A stretch of DNA of 64,000 nt from Eledone cirrhosa (Eukaryota). Position 1 is the first letter of the stretch; every line of letters begins with the position of its first letter. Both the position numbers and the translations under genes were made by a program. Location: NCBI GenBank assembly GCA_964016885.1, contig OZ024743.1, positions 213,652,001 through 213,716,000 of the forward strand, in the 5' to 3' direction. Shown here piece after piece: positions 13,131 through 24,396 of this stretch. Below the pieces are notes generated by a model. The model was not told the origin of the DNA. It was given only the letters and a program-made list of their open reading frames with translations, and searched no databases.

Positions 13131-13572
13131 ATAATAATAATAATAATTATAATAAGACATGTGTAAATAAAGAAACTGAATATCAGCCACACCACTACTC
13201 ACAATTTTAAATCAAAACAAAAAGAAAAACGATATATGTAAGTAACAAACTCTATTGATTATATTACACATACATGTATTATAAATACAACAAAAAATGT
13301 ACACAAAACAAACATGCAGATATACAGACGTTCGCACTTTGAACTTAAAGAAAAAAGTATTTGAAGTGAAACAGTCTTAGATCGGACGACACGTTGCTTA
13401 TTTTGAGGAGTAAGTTTTGTTTAATTTGGTATTCCCTAACACGAAAATCCGACAAATTATTTCACCACTTATCTCTACAAATAATCTGACACTAGTTGTG
13501 AGAACTGCATAAATATTTTTATATATTTACCCATTAAAATGGCTGTTTACATATTATTATTTGAAGAAAAGA

Positions 13573-13760
13573 GGGCGGTGAATTGGCAGTATCGGTAGGG
13601 GGTCGGACATGCTTTCCAGCACAGTTACGTCCCTTTACGATCTGAGTTCAAATCCCGCCGAGGTTAACTTTGCCTTTCATCCTTACGGGGTCGATAAAAT
13701 AAAGTACCAGTAATGTACTGGGTATTTGCTGGCCTTGTGTCAAAAGTAGAAACAATTATT
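13573..13760 (+). mobile_element. tRNA-derived SINE with a Meta-like central domain, full length, 17-bp TSD
   Basis: A-box-like TGGCAGTATCGG and B-box GAGTTCAAATCC. Body GCCTTTCATCCTTACGGGGTCGATAAAATAAAGTACCAG. TSD ATTATTTGAAGAAAAGA at 13556-13572 and 13755-13771. Confidence 0.85.
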
Positions 13761-14480
13761 TGAAGAAAAGAAACAGACATAGATCGGAAAACACACTGTT
13801 TATTTCGGAGCATAAGTTCTGTTTAATAAAAAATCCGACTAATTATTATGCAATCATCTCTGTGGCTGAAGATGTGAAAGGTGCATATATATTTTTTAAT
13901 ATTTCCCACATACAATCTCTTTTTTTACATTTTGGTCGGAAAGGAAAATGGACAGTTGAAAGATCACTTCTATCTCCCACCACCACTTTCACAACCACTC
14001 CTCGCACACTCACACCAGTAAATCCCCAATCTATTTTTAGACTACTGTCACTGACTGCTACATACCTCCCTTCTCAGTGTCTAATGTGTGGGTATATATA
14101 TATATGTGTGTATATACATACGTGTGTATAAGTATGTACGTGTGAATGTATATTTATGTATGTGTATGGAGCCCACATAAAGGACAAAACAAAGGGGAAG
14201 AAAAAAAAGAACACTAGCACCCCATTTGCACCTCAAACTCAAAATAGACAGAAAATAACACCGGACAAGCAACTCCTATAAGCTATATTGTCACCCAACC
14301 CACTACCACTCCCAGCACCCCCACCCCAGCATTAATCTCCCTGCCACCACCACCAACACCACTCACACCACAAGAACAATTGAGAAAATTCTCGTACACC
14401 TCTTACAGATGCAACCATAACAATATCACCCAAATCAACAACAGCAATGACCATACCTATACTGTTATAATAGTAATAAT

Positions 14481-17400
14481 GATCTCAGTGCCACGTCCAA
14501 TACCATGCGTAACGCAAGCATGTACTGCAAGATGAACAAATAAAAATTAATACACAATACTAAATCGCTTTTCCTATGGTTAATCAGGAAGCGCGTCCCT
14601 CAGGAAGGTGCCAACCTGAGATGGAAAACTCCTCCTCTGGCACAAACTCTTCTCCAATTATTAACCCCGATGCTCACTTGATCGGGGATTGCCTCAACTC
14701 GAGTCTTCCAGATCCACCACCCAAACCACCTCAAAAAGAAAAACCTAAAAGGATGAAATGGACCCGAGAAGAGTATAAAGAAGTAATATATGCATATTAC
14801 TATGCATTAGGGAAGCCATCACAAGACAGACACACTTTAAACTCCTACACAATCTGGAAAACTCGGAATCAAGCTAGCAGACGTGATATGGATGAAAATA
14901 AGTTGGCAAATGTAAGAAGGTATATCAGAAATAATAGACTCACAGACACTAAACTAACTGCGATCAAGCAGGCTTTGGAGAATGACATAAATATAAATGA
15001 TGAAAGAACTGAAGAATCTCCTGGAGATAGTAACCATTCACAAGTCTTTACTGAAAGACCTCCATCTGACCAAATCACAAATATGTTTGTAGAAATGAGA
15101 AACCCTATTGAACCCGCTGAAAATAGCCAGGAGAGGGACTTAGAAACAGTAATTGAAAACCAAACATCTGCTGAGGAACACAGGGAAAATATGAAGGAAT
15201 TAAAGCAAAAAATACTGAATGAGCTTGCAGTAATTCTAGTATAAATGATAGAGAACCACTTCAAAACTCCCAAATACAATCCAAAATAGAATACAAAAGA
15301 AATCATAAAAGAACTAGAACATGATCTTAATCAGTTAAATGAAATCATTTATGCATCTGCTAGAGTAATTGAAAGAAGTTGTTTACCACAAAAAAAAACA
15401 AAAAAAGTCGAACCCTCGAGGTAAACCAATTCGGAGGAGTAGAATCGAAAGGGAGATTGGCGTAATGAGAGGAGACATATCTTTATTGAGTGAGTTAACC
15501 GCTGGAAATGATATAAGATCCAATAAGGTAAGAAAGCTAAAGAGAAAATATGGACTGTCTTCTAGAGAAGCAATAGTTTCAACAAAAGAATTTCTGAAAC
15601 AAAAAGTCCAAGTAAAAGCCCAACGAATTCGTAGATTCGAGAAGCGAAACAACTTCTACAGGCAAAATAAGTTGTTCTCATCCAATGCCAAGTCACTTTA
15701 TAGAGAAGTAGGGAAGAAAAAAATAATTATTGAAGAAGTTGAAAAATTCTGGAGTAAGATTTGGAGTGATGAGAAGACATATAATGTTAATGTAGATTGG
15801 ATTAGTCGCCTGGAAAAATCCTACACAAATTTAGAAGAACAGCCGTGGCAAGACATCTCTATAGCGGTCTTAAGGACAGCACTCAATAAATCTCATAAAT
15901 GGAAATCTCCTGGTAGCGACAGGGTGTCACATTTCTGGCTTTCCTCACTCCCGTGCACTCACAATATATTGGTCAAGCTGTTTAATGGAATTATGAAAGA
16001 TCCAAAAAATACACCTGATTGGATAACAAGTGGCATTACCTACCAAAGGACAACGAAACCAAAGATCCAAAAAACTATCGGCCCATAACCTGCTTGTCCA
16101 CCACTTATAAACTATTAACCTCTATTCTCATGGAAAAAGCATACGTGTTTTTGGAGAAGAATCTTTTCCCCATAGAACAAAAAAGAGTGCCGACGAGGTT
16201 CATATGGTTGCAAAGATCAACTTTTGATTAATCGTATGAACCTTGAGAACTGTCATAATAAACACAGAAATCTCAGTTCTGCATGGATCGATTATAAAAA
16301 AGCATTTGACAGCATACCACACTCATAGATTCTGAAATCACTGGACATCTTCAAAATCTCACCTGTGATCTCAAACTTTCTGAAATACAATATGTCATTA
16401 TGGAGCACAAATCTCCAATTGTCTCATTCCACTGGGGTACAGTGCTCTAGGAATATAAACATCAACTGTGGTATATCCTGGGTGACTCACTTTCACCATT
16501 GCTTTTCTGCATAGCTTTAATACCCCTTACATCTGAGCTTGATAGAACAGGGTACGGTTATATAATTGACAACAACAAAAAATAAGCCACCTAATTTATA
16601 TGGATGATTTGAAGATATATTGCAAAGATAAAGACGAACAGGAAGGCCTTTTGCGGACAGTAAAAACGTTTAGCGATGACATCAGGATGGAGTTTGGACT
16701 TGACAAGTGTGCAAAAGCCACTTTCAAGAAAGGCAAGCTTGTCAACTCAGACTCAGTTGAATTGAATGCTGAAACAATCATAAAGGAACTTGAGCAGGAA
16801 CAAACCCATAAATACTTAGGGATTAATGAGGGCTCTGGCATACAGCATGCAAGTATGAAAGAGAGGATAAGGAAAGAATGTTACAGGAGAGTACGTGCAG
16901 TTCTGAGATCAGAACTATCCGCTCGTAATAAGGTGCTAGCCATAAATTCCTTGGCAGTCCCAGTTGTCACTTATAGCTTCGGTGTGTTGAACTGGAATAT
17001 GAGTGAAATCAAAAGAATCGACACCAAAGTCTGTAAGCCACTGACCTGTAATAGGATGCACCACCCAAAAGCAGATGTGGATCGTCTTTACATTCCTAGA
17101 ACTCAAGGAGGCCGTGGCCTGATCCAATTTGAACTTGCTTACAAGACCTCCATCATTGGACTGGCCAAATACCTTGAAACAACTAAGGACTGTATGCTGA
17201 AACTTGTTGAAAAGCATGAGAGAAGTAAGAAGTTTCATTCTATCTTGAAGGAGAGCAAAAGATATGCTACTGATCTCATGTTTGATACCCAGGCTGGACA
17301 GACTAAAGAAACTGTTGCAACTGATGCTGCTAGGCACATACAATCACTGCCAAAAGCAAAATGGCAAGGACAATTAGCATCAAATTGGGAGCAGAAACCT

Positions 17401-18335
17401 CTGCACGGCAAATATGTGGCCCGTAGCAAACAAGCTGATGTTGACCAAAAGCACACCCATCAGTGGCTACGTAGTTGAGGGTTAAAGGCGGAGAATGAAG
17501 GCTTCATCTTAGCTGCCCAAGATCAAAGCTTATTGACTCGTAATTACCAGGCCAATGTGATGAGAAACGGAATAAACCCAATGTGCCGATTCTGCAATGC
17601 TGGGATTGAAACAGTGGATCACTTAGTCTCTGGATGTAAAGTTTTAGCACCATTAGAATACAAATATAAACATGACAGAGTTGACCAATATCTATACTGG
17701 GTAATATGTCGGCATTACAAAATCAAAGTGGTGCAATCATCACCCTGAGGCTGTAACTGAAGGAGAAAAAGTAACAATTCTCTAAGAATTTCTTGTACAT
17801 ACTGACAGGACCATAAAAGCAAATAGACCTGACATCATTATAAAAGATCAAAATAACAAGGTCTGTTTGTTGATAGATATGAGCATCCCATGTGATCACA
17901 ATATCGCGCCAAAAGAATTTGACAAGCTACGAAAATATAAAGATCTGATTATTGAAATTGAGAAAATGTGGCACCTTCAAGGCCGTTACAATACCAGTGA
18001 TTGTGGTAGGACTGGGAATGATGAAGAAAGGAACAGAACAATATTTGCGAATGATTCCTGGTTTACCCTCTCTGCACGAGGTGCACAAAATTGTTTTGAC
18101 TGGTACTGCACACGTATTGAGAAGAGCACTATCTGCGTAAGAATGATATCCCTCCTTGTGTTTACATATGCATATGCACATGTGTATATATGTATACTGT
18201 TCTTTTTTTTTTTTGAAATTATAATCAATGTGCTGTATTAATTGGCTTACCAATGCACACTGAATTTATTTGCCCTAGGTGTGAGGAAAGACACCCCGCA
18301 TATATCTCAGAAACAATAATGAAAAATAAATAAAA
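14481..18335 (+). mobile_element. R4/Dong-clade LINE family B, near full-length, pseudogenised
   Basis: N-terminal RMKWTREEYKEVIYAYY, then WKSPGSDRV, NYRPITCLST, MDDLKIY, CRFCNAGIETVDHLVSGC..KHD, RPDII and LLIDMSIP..KLRKYKDL. Last frame ends at 18140. TAA-like repeats on both sides. Confidence 0.92.
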
Positions 18336-18357
18336 ATAATAATAATAATAATAATAA

Positions 18358-18516
18358 TTGTTTCTACTTTAGGCACAAGGCCAGCAATTACCCAGTACAT
18401 TACTGGTACTTTATTTATCGACCCCGTAAGGATGAAAGGCAAAGTCAATCTCGGCGGGATTTGAACTCAGACTGTAAAGGGACGTAACTATGGTAGATAC
18501 TACCAATCCACCGCCA
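18358..18516 (-). mobile_element. Meta-like tRNA SINE inside (TAA)n
   Basis: Reverse complement of the 13573-13760 family, with an internal deletion in the head. Confidence 0.85.
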
Positions 18517-18549
18517 TAATAATAATAATAATAATAATAATAGTAATAA

Positions 18550-19608
18550 TACAATATGTTCCAGAAGAGGAGTGATGTCGATAGACTCTACTTAAGGAGA
18601 TCTGAAGGTGGAAGAGGTCTTATCAGCATAGAGGACTGTGTTCAGATGGAGAAAAACAACCTACACAAATACGTGACTGATAGTAAGGAGCCAATGCTCA
18701 GAACTGTACTGAAGGAGGGGACAATAGGCCAGGGGATGTCCAAGGAGGAAATAACATCAAGGAGAAAGAGCAACCTTCAGGAAAAATCCCTTCATAGTAC
18801 CTTCTTTGAGAAAACTGAATTTAGAGATCCACAGACATGGAACTGGTTGAAAAGAGGAGACCTTAAAAAGGCCACAGAAGGAATGTTAATGGCTGCGCAG
18901 GAGCAGGCCCTCAAAACAAAGTGGTTGAAACACCACATTTACAAGGAGGAGGCTAGCCCACTGTGCAGGACTTGTGGAGAGAGGAGACTGTGGCTAACAT
19001 TGTATCCGAGAGTAAACACCTAGCCGAGACTCACTATAAGGGCTGGAGACATGATGTGATGGGCAGGGTGATCCACTGGCACCTATGCAAAGTAAACAAT
19101 TTACCACATTCTGAGAAGTGGTATGAGCATAAGCCAGAGGCGGTGATAGAAAAAAGGTCAGGTGAAGGTGCTGTGCGATTTTAGGATACAGACGGACAAG
19201 AAACTGGAACACAATAGACCTGACCTGGTGGTTTTGGACAAAGAAAAAAGATCGTGCCTGATTGTGGATGTGGCCTGCCCATTCGAAACGAGAGTGCAAG
19301 AGAAGGAGAGGGAGAAAATTAACCGATACCAGGACTTAAAGTGGGAGGTAAAAAGGATTTGGAACTGCCATGACGTCAAAGTGATCCCGATTGTCATAGG
19401 CGCACTAGGTACTATCTCAAAAGGTTTCCAGGGATGGTTAAAGAAAATTGGCCCCTTCACGCTTTTTGGAACGCTTCAAAAGGCATGCTTACTGGGAACA
19501 GCAAGAACCCTCCGATACGTCCTGAATATCTGAGGCTGCAGGTAGTGGCTTGATATTCATTTCAACAAACTTTCCAGTTAACTAACATCAATGACTGAGA
19601 CTTAAAGT
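18550..19608 (+). mobile_element. R4/Dong family A, 5'-truncated 3' fragment
   Basis: Highly similar to ~12065-13130 (MFQKRSDVDRLYLRRSEGGRG...LRYVLNI). (TAA)n on both sides. Confidence 0.92.
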
Positions 19609-19654
19609 GTAATAATAGTAATGATAATAATATATATATATATATGTATATATA

Positions 19655-20385
19655 TATAATATTATAAAGCTGAGCGTCGTATGTATGTATTATGTATGTA
19701 TGTATGTATGTATCCTAAACACCTCCCTATAGTTTCTTAGCTTTAGTCTCTCCGTCGCTCTTCCCTCTCTCTATAATAGATCATTACACCTCTCTATAAT
19801 GCAACTTTTTTACTCTATATGTCGCTCTTCACTCTCAAATATTATAAAGCTGAGCGTCGCCTCTCTCTCTCACTCTCTCTCACTCTTTCACCCTCTCTAT
19901 AATTTAACTGCTTTACTCTCTGTCTCTCTTCACATCCTATATGACAACACTCTTTTACTTTCCGTATCTACTTTCAGAGCATCGTACACCTCCCTATAGT
20001 TTCTTAGCTTTACTCTCTCTATCGCCATTCCCTCTCTCTACAATAGATCATTCCTCCTCTCTATAATTTAACTGCTTTACTCTCTCTGTCGCTCTTCACT
20101 CTCTAATATTAAAAGCTGATCGTCTTCTCTCTATCTCTCTCCCTCTTTCACCCTCTCTATAATTTAACTGCTTTACTCTCTGTCTCCCTCCACTCTCTAT
20201 ATGACAACACTCTTTTACTTTCTGGAGCGTCGTATGTATGTTTATTTCAAAAGGATAACCTCCTTCAAATTCGGTCAACACACAAGCAGGTAATACATAC
20301 ATCAAAAGGCAACCCTCTTAGAGAGACAGAGAGTGAAAGAGACAGATTAGGAAAACTACACACACACATCTAAAGAGAGAGAGAG

Positions 20386-20470
<85 letters not shown>

Positions 20471-20945
20471 AAAGAGAAACAGAGGGACGAGCAAGAAGGT
20501 AATACATACATCTAAAATCATTTCGATACAAATATCATAATATAATGGTTGTAGAACGAAAATACAGACAATTGTAAGAATGTATGTATCCCACACTTTT
20601 TCTGTCGTCGCTCGCATAAGTAACACCCCCCCTCCCACACACACGCACACACGCACGCACACACACACACACACATACACACACATACACGAATACACAT
20701 ACTTTCACACCTGATTTCGCCAATTGCCGGATAACATCAAAACAAAACACACAGATACACACATGCACATACACACATACAAAACACACATACACAAACA
20801 CACACACACACACACACACACATATCTATACTTTATATGTATGTATGTATGTAAGATCATTCCCCCTCTCTATAATTTAAATGCTTTATTCTCTCTGTCG
20901 CTCTTCACTCTCTATATGAGAACACTGTTTTAGTTTCCGTATCTC
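19655..20945 (+). repeat. internally repetitive CT-rich element; possible non-autonomous Helitron-like 5' end
   Basis: ATATTATAAAGCTGAGCGTCG recurs at ~19659, ~19840 and ~20106. CCCTCTCTATAATTTAACTGCTTTACTCTC blocks recur. No 3' CTRR/hairpin was found. Confidence 0.35.
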
Positions 20946-21540
20946 CCTTCAATATATGCATGCATTTATATCCTAGAATATTTATGTGTGTATAGATATA
21001 TATCATTCACTATTTTATAGTCATTGAATGCTCGAATTTATTTTTTGAAGGTGTTTTTAAGAGACATGACATATGTTTGGTTCTATATCAATCATGACAT
21101 CCTTAACTTTGAATATAATAATAATAATCTATCTTATATATAAAGTGAAGTTGGGCGTTGTTTGGTGTACCCAACTTGCATGGTACACCCTTCATCCAAT
21201 TTTCATGAAACCACACATATATATAAAACTCAACGCGTAGAGTGGAATAGGCTACTTGAAAATTTCGAAAAATCGATAATCGGGACCCCAGAAACCAAAA
21301 ATCGATATTTTCAAAAATCGATGAAACTCGACGCAAGTGTGTATTTTGATCCGGGGATAAACGTGCGCTACATTAAATTTTCGAAAAATTGATAATTGGA
21401 TCACCAGAAGCAAAAATCAGGACAACGCTAACTTACTCTCTTTCCCTCTCTTCCACCTCACTGGCGCAGCCACACCACCTGCCTGCTGATAAAATAGATA
21501 GATAGATAAACACACACATATATTGTTATGTATATATGTA

Positions 21541-21580
<40 letters not shown>

Positions 21581-21768
21581 TAATTTAATATATCAACTAA
21601 CATAAGCGCACAGATGCACGCCCATGCCAGCAAATACACAGGTTATGTCATAGTACCTAGGTGGTTCAATGCAGGAGGATGCAGAACAATAATATAAAAG
21701 ACGTAAAATAAGAAAATATTTTTAAAAAAAATGTTTAAAAAATTTTTTACTTACTTACTTAAATTTTC

Positions 21769-21850
21769 ACTCCAACTAATTAGTTTCTGCAATGGGATAA
21801 ATACAGTTACGTAATCCAACTGTCGAGAATTCATTGCGTCATCAGGGAGT
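21769..21850 (-). ncRNA. hammerhead ribozyme candidate (array copy 1; copy 2 at 22323-22404 has a damaged stem II)
   Basis: Reverse complement of 22881-22962. Confidence 0.75.
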
Positions 21851-22880
21851 CTATTCTCAGCTAAGTCTCCAGGCAATGCGCGGACACTGGCGGCTCATAT
21901 AAAAATAATAATAATTCGGTAGATAGAACAGCTGGCGAGGACTGGATTCTATGTACTGAAATTCTCACTGCTTCTAGTCAAATGGCCGATTCTAAAGAAT
22001 CAATCACGTGACACAGAGGCTAGTTAGAAGGAATGGGATGGTAAAATGACTGACGCCTACTAACACCCCCAAAAAAATTTTTTTAGAAGTGGTTTTGGCA
22101 GGTTTGCTCGACAAATCAGTGATTTGGAGATAAATATAGATAATTTAATATATCAACTAACATAAGCGCACAGATGCACGCCCATGCCAGCAAATACACA
22201 GGTTATGTCATAGTACCTAGGTGGTTCAATGCAGGAGGATGCAGAACAATAATATAAAAGACGGAAAATAAGAAAAAATTTATAAAAAAATTTTTTTAAA
22301 TTTTTTTACTTACTTAATTTTCACTCCAACTAATTAGTTTCTAAAATGGGATAAAGACAGTTACGTAATCCAACTGTCGAGAATTCATTGCGTCATCAGG
22401 GAGTCTATTCTCAGCTAAGTCTCTAGGCAATGCGCGGACACTGGCGGCTCATATAAAAATAATAATAATTCGGTAGATAGAACAGCTGGCGAGGACTGGA
22501 TTCTATGTACTGAAATTCTCACTGCTTCTAGTCAAATGGCCGATTCTAAAGAATCAATCACGTGACACAGAGGCTAGTTAGAAGGAATGGGATGGTAAGA
22601 TGACTGACGCCTACTAACACCCCAAAAAAATTTTTTTTAGAAGTGGTTTTGGCAGGTTTGCTCGACAAATCAGTGATTTGGAGATAAATATAGATAATTC
22701 CTTCTAACTAGCCTCTGTGTCACGTGATTGATTCTTTAGAATCGGCCATTTGACTAGAAGCAGTAAGAATTTCAGTACATAGAATCCAGTCCTCGCCAGC
22801 TGTTCTATCTACCGAATTATTATTATTTTTATATGAGCCGCCAGTGTCCGCGCATTGCCTGGAGACTTAGCTGAGAATAG

Positions 22881-22962
22881 ACTCCCTGATGACGCAATGA
22901 ATTCTCGACAGTTGGATTACGTAACTGTCTTTATCCCATTGCAGAAACTAATTAGTTGGAGT
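22881..22962 (+). ncRNA. type I hammerhead ribozyme candidate
   Basis: ACTCC-CTGATGA-C GCAATG..GACAGTT..AACTGTC..CATTGC A-GAAA-CTAATTAG-TT-GGAGT. Stem I is a perfect 5 bp, stem III is the palindrome ACTAATTAGT, and the triplet is GUU. Confidence 0.8.
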
Positions 22963-23033
22963 GAAAATTTAAGTAAGTAAGTAAGTAAAAAATCTTTAAA
23001 AAATTTTTTTAAAAAATATTTTCTTAGTTTACG

Positions 23034-23123
<90 letters not shown>

Positions 23124-23171
23124 ATATATATGTGTGTGTATATATATATATATGTGTGTGTGTATATATAT

Positions 23172-23670
23172 GTCGTCCCACTGCATCGTCATGCCTCACC
23201 ATGCCGCATCCATGCTCTGTCAGCCACCATGCCCTCCCATTCCCTCTCCATACCCGCACGACTTGGTCCTTCACGAGTGCCATGGTTCACCATGCGGAAT
23301 CCCTGCAACCGTCAATCCCGGCCATCTCCCTTCCCTGCACGCCGTCGTCCCACTGCATCGTCATGCATCACCATGCCGCACCACGCTCTGTCAGCCGCCA
23401 TCCCCTCCTTGGCCCTTTCTTTTTTCCTGCCTGCACTGCTCCTTCAAGACTGCCCTGGCTCACCATGCGGCATCTTTTCCACCGTCCACCCCTGCCCTCT
23501 TCCTTGCCTGCTGGCCGTCGCCCCACTACATCTTCATGCCTCAGGATGCCGCCTCCATGCATTCAGCCACCATCCCATCCTCGGCCCTTTCTTTTGCCTG
23601 ACCGCCGTGCCCCTTCAAGACTCCCATGGCTATCTATGCCGCATCAATTCCTTGCCACCCGCTTAAACGT
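23172..23670. repeat. GC-rich degenerate minisatellite, ~172-bp unit x3
   Basis: gtcgtcccactgcatcgtcatgc.tcaccatgccgc recurs at 23172, 23344 and (diverged) 23517. Confidence 0.8.
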
Positions 23671-24396
23671 CATCAGTATGGCTTATTGTTGCCTCATTTG
23701 ATCACCGATTTTAGCAGGCTAAACACAATACCAACGTGCACGATAGTCCATGGTAAATATTTTTAATTACAAGTTCTTGAGGCTGTTGCAAAGGGCAATA
23801 ACCCTAGACGCAATTTTGTTCAACTTTTTTTCACATATAGCAAATTTACCGGGACAGGTCTTTAGCTACTCAAATCTACTTCAGAGGTCACGCGTTCATG
23901 TAAAAAATCAATAAAACTGAAGCGGGGGTTCGACTTTGCGCAAAAAAAAGGCAAAGTTGCAGATGGGATAATTTTTTACAGGATCGTCCGATTTTCGTGA
24001 AAACTGTCGCAAATGAATCGTCCATTATACCGCGATTCACATAGAGTCCCTTTTATTTCTTCTTCTGCACATGTGAGCGCCAAAATTGTAAAAAAAAAAA
24101 AAAATTTTGAAAAAAAATCGACTTTTTCAACCTGCTTTAAAAATCAACTGAAAATTCAATTTCAAGTTAATTTGACTTCCGTCAGTCTTGCAAAGAACAA
24201 TTTCAACGATACACTGTGAACCTACAATTGATCCATTATTTATGCTCAATTACACACATGCGTATACTAACCTCTGTTTCTTTCCTTGAGGTTCGAAGGT
24301 TTTTGCACCTGTGATGCGCGGGAAGTAACTTTCAAACATTTTAACAACAGACCAAAGGTCGAGTTACGCCCGGGCAACGCCGGGTACTTCTGCTAG

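Larger units (their letters stand above)
21578..23040. repeat. (TA)n-flanked array: two direct ~560-bp units plus one partial inverted unit, each with a hammerhead
   Basis: Units start agataatttaatatatcaac at ~21578 and ~22138. The segment ~22698-23040 is the reverse complement of ~22255-22590. Confidence 0.9.
21128..24396 (+). mobile_element. non-autonomous Helitron-like element 1
   Basis: 5' end A|TC(TATC)TTATATATAAAG. 3' hairpin CCCGG-GCAACG-CCGGG (24369-24384) followed 8 nt later by CTAG|T. Termini are shared with element 2. Confidence 0.75.

Noticed and set aside
13573-13660. tRNA gene
   Set aside because: The A/B boxes belong to a SINE head. There is no cloverleaf, and it is followed by the SINE body and TSD.
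14481-14537. HDV-like ribozyme at the 5' end of Dong family B
   Set aside because: Only a simple hairpin (CAGT..ACTG, CATGC/GCATG) is visible. I could not build the nested double pseudoknot.
10565-19460. Minus-strand ORFs over the Dong elements (and likewise over Tx1)
   Set aside because: They are antisense shadows of LINE coding sequence with no recognisable motifs.
21578-23040. CRISPR-like or prokaryotic repeat array
   Set aside because: The units are long, with no unique spacers or cas genes, and the context is eukaryotic.
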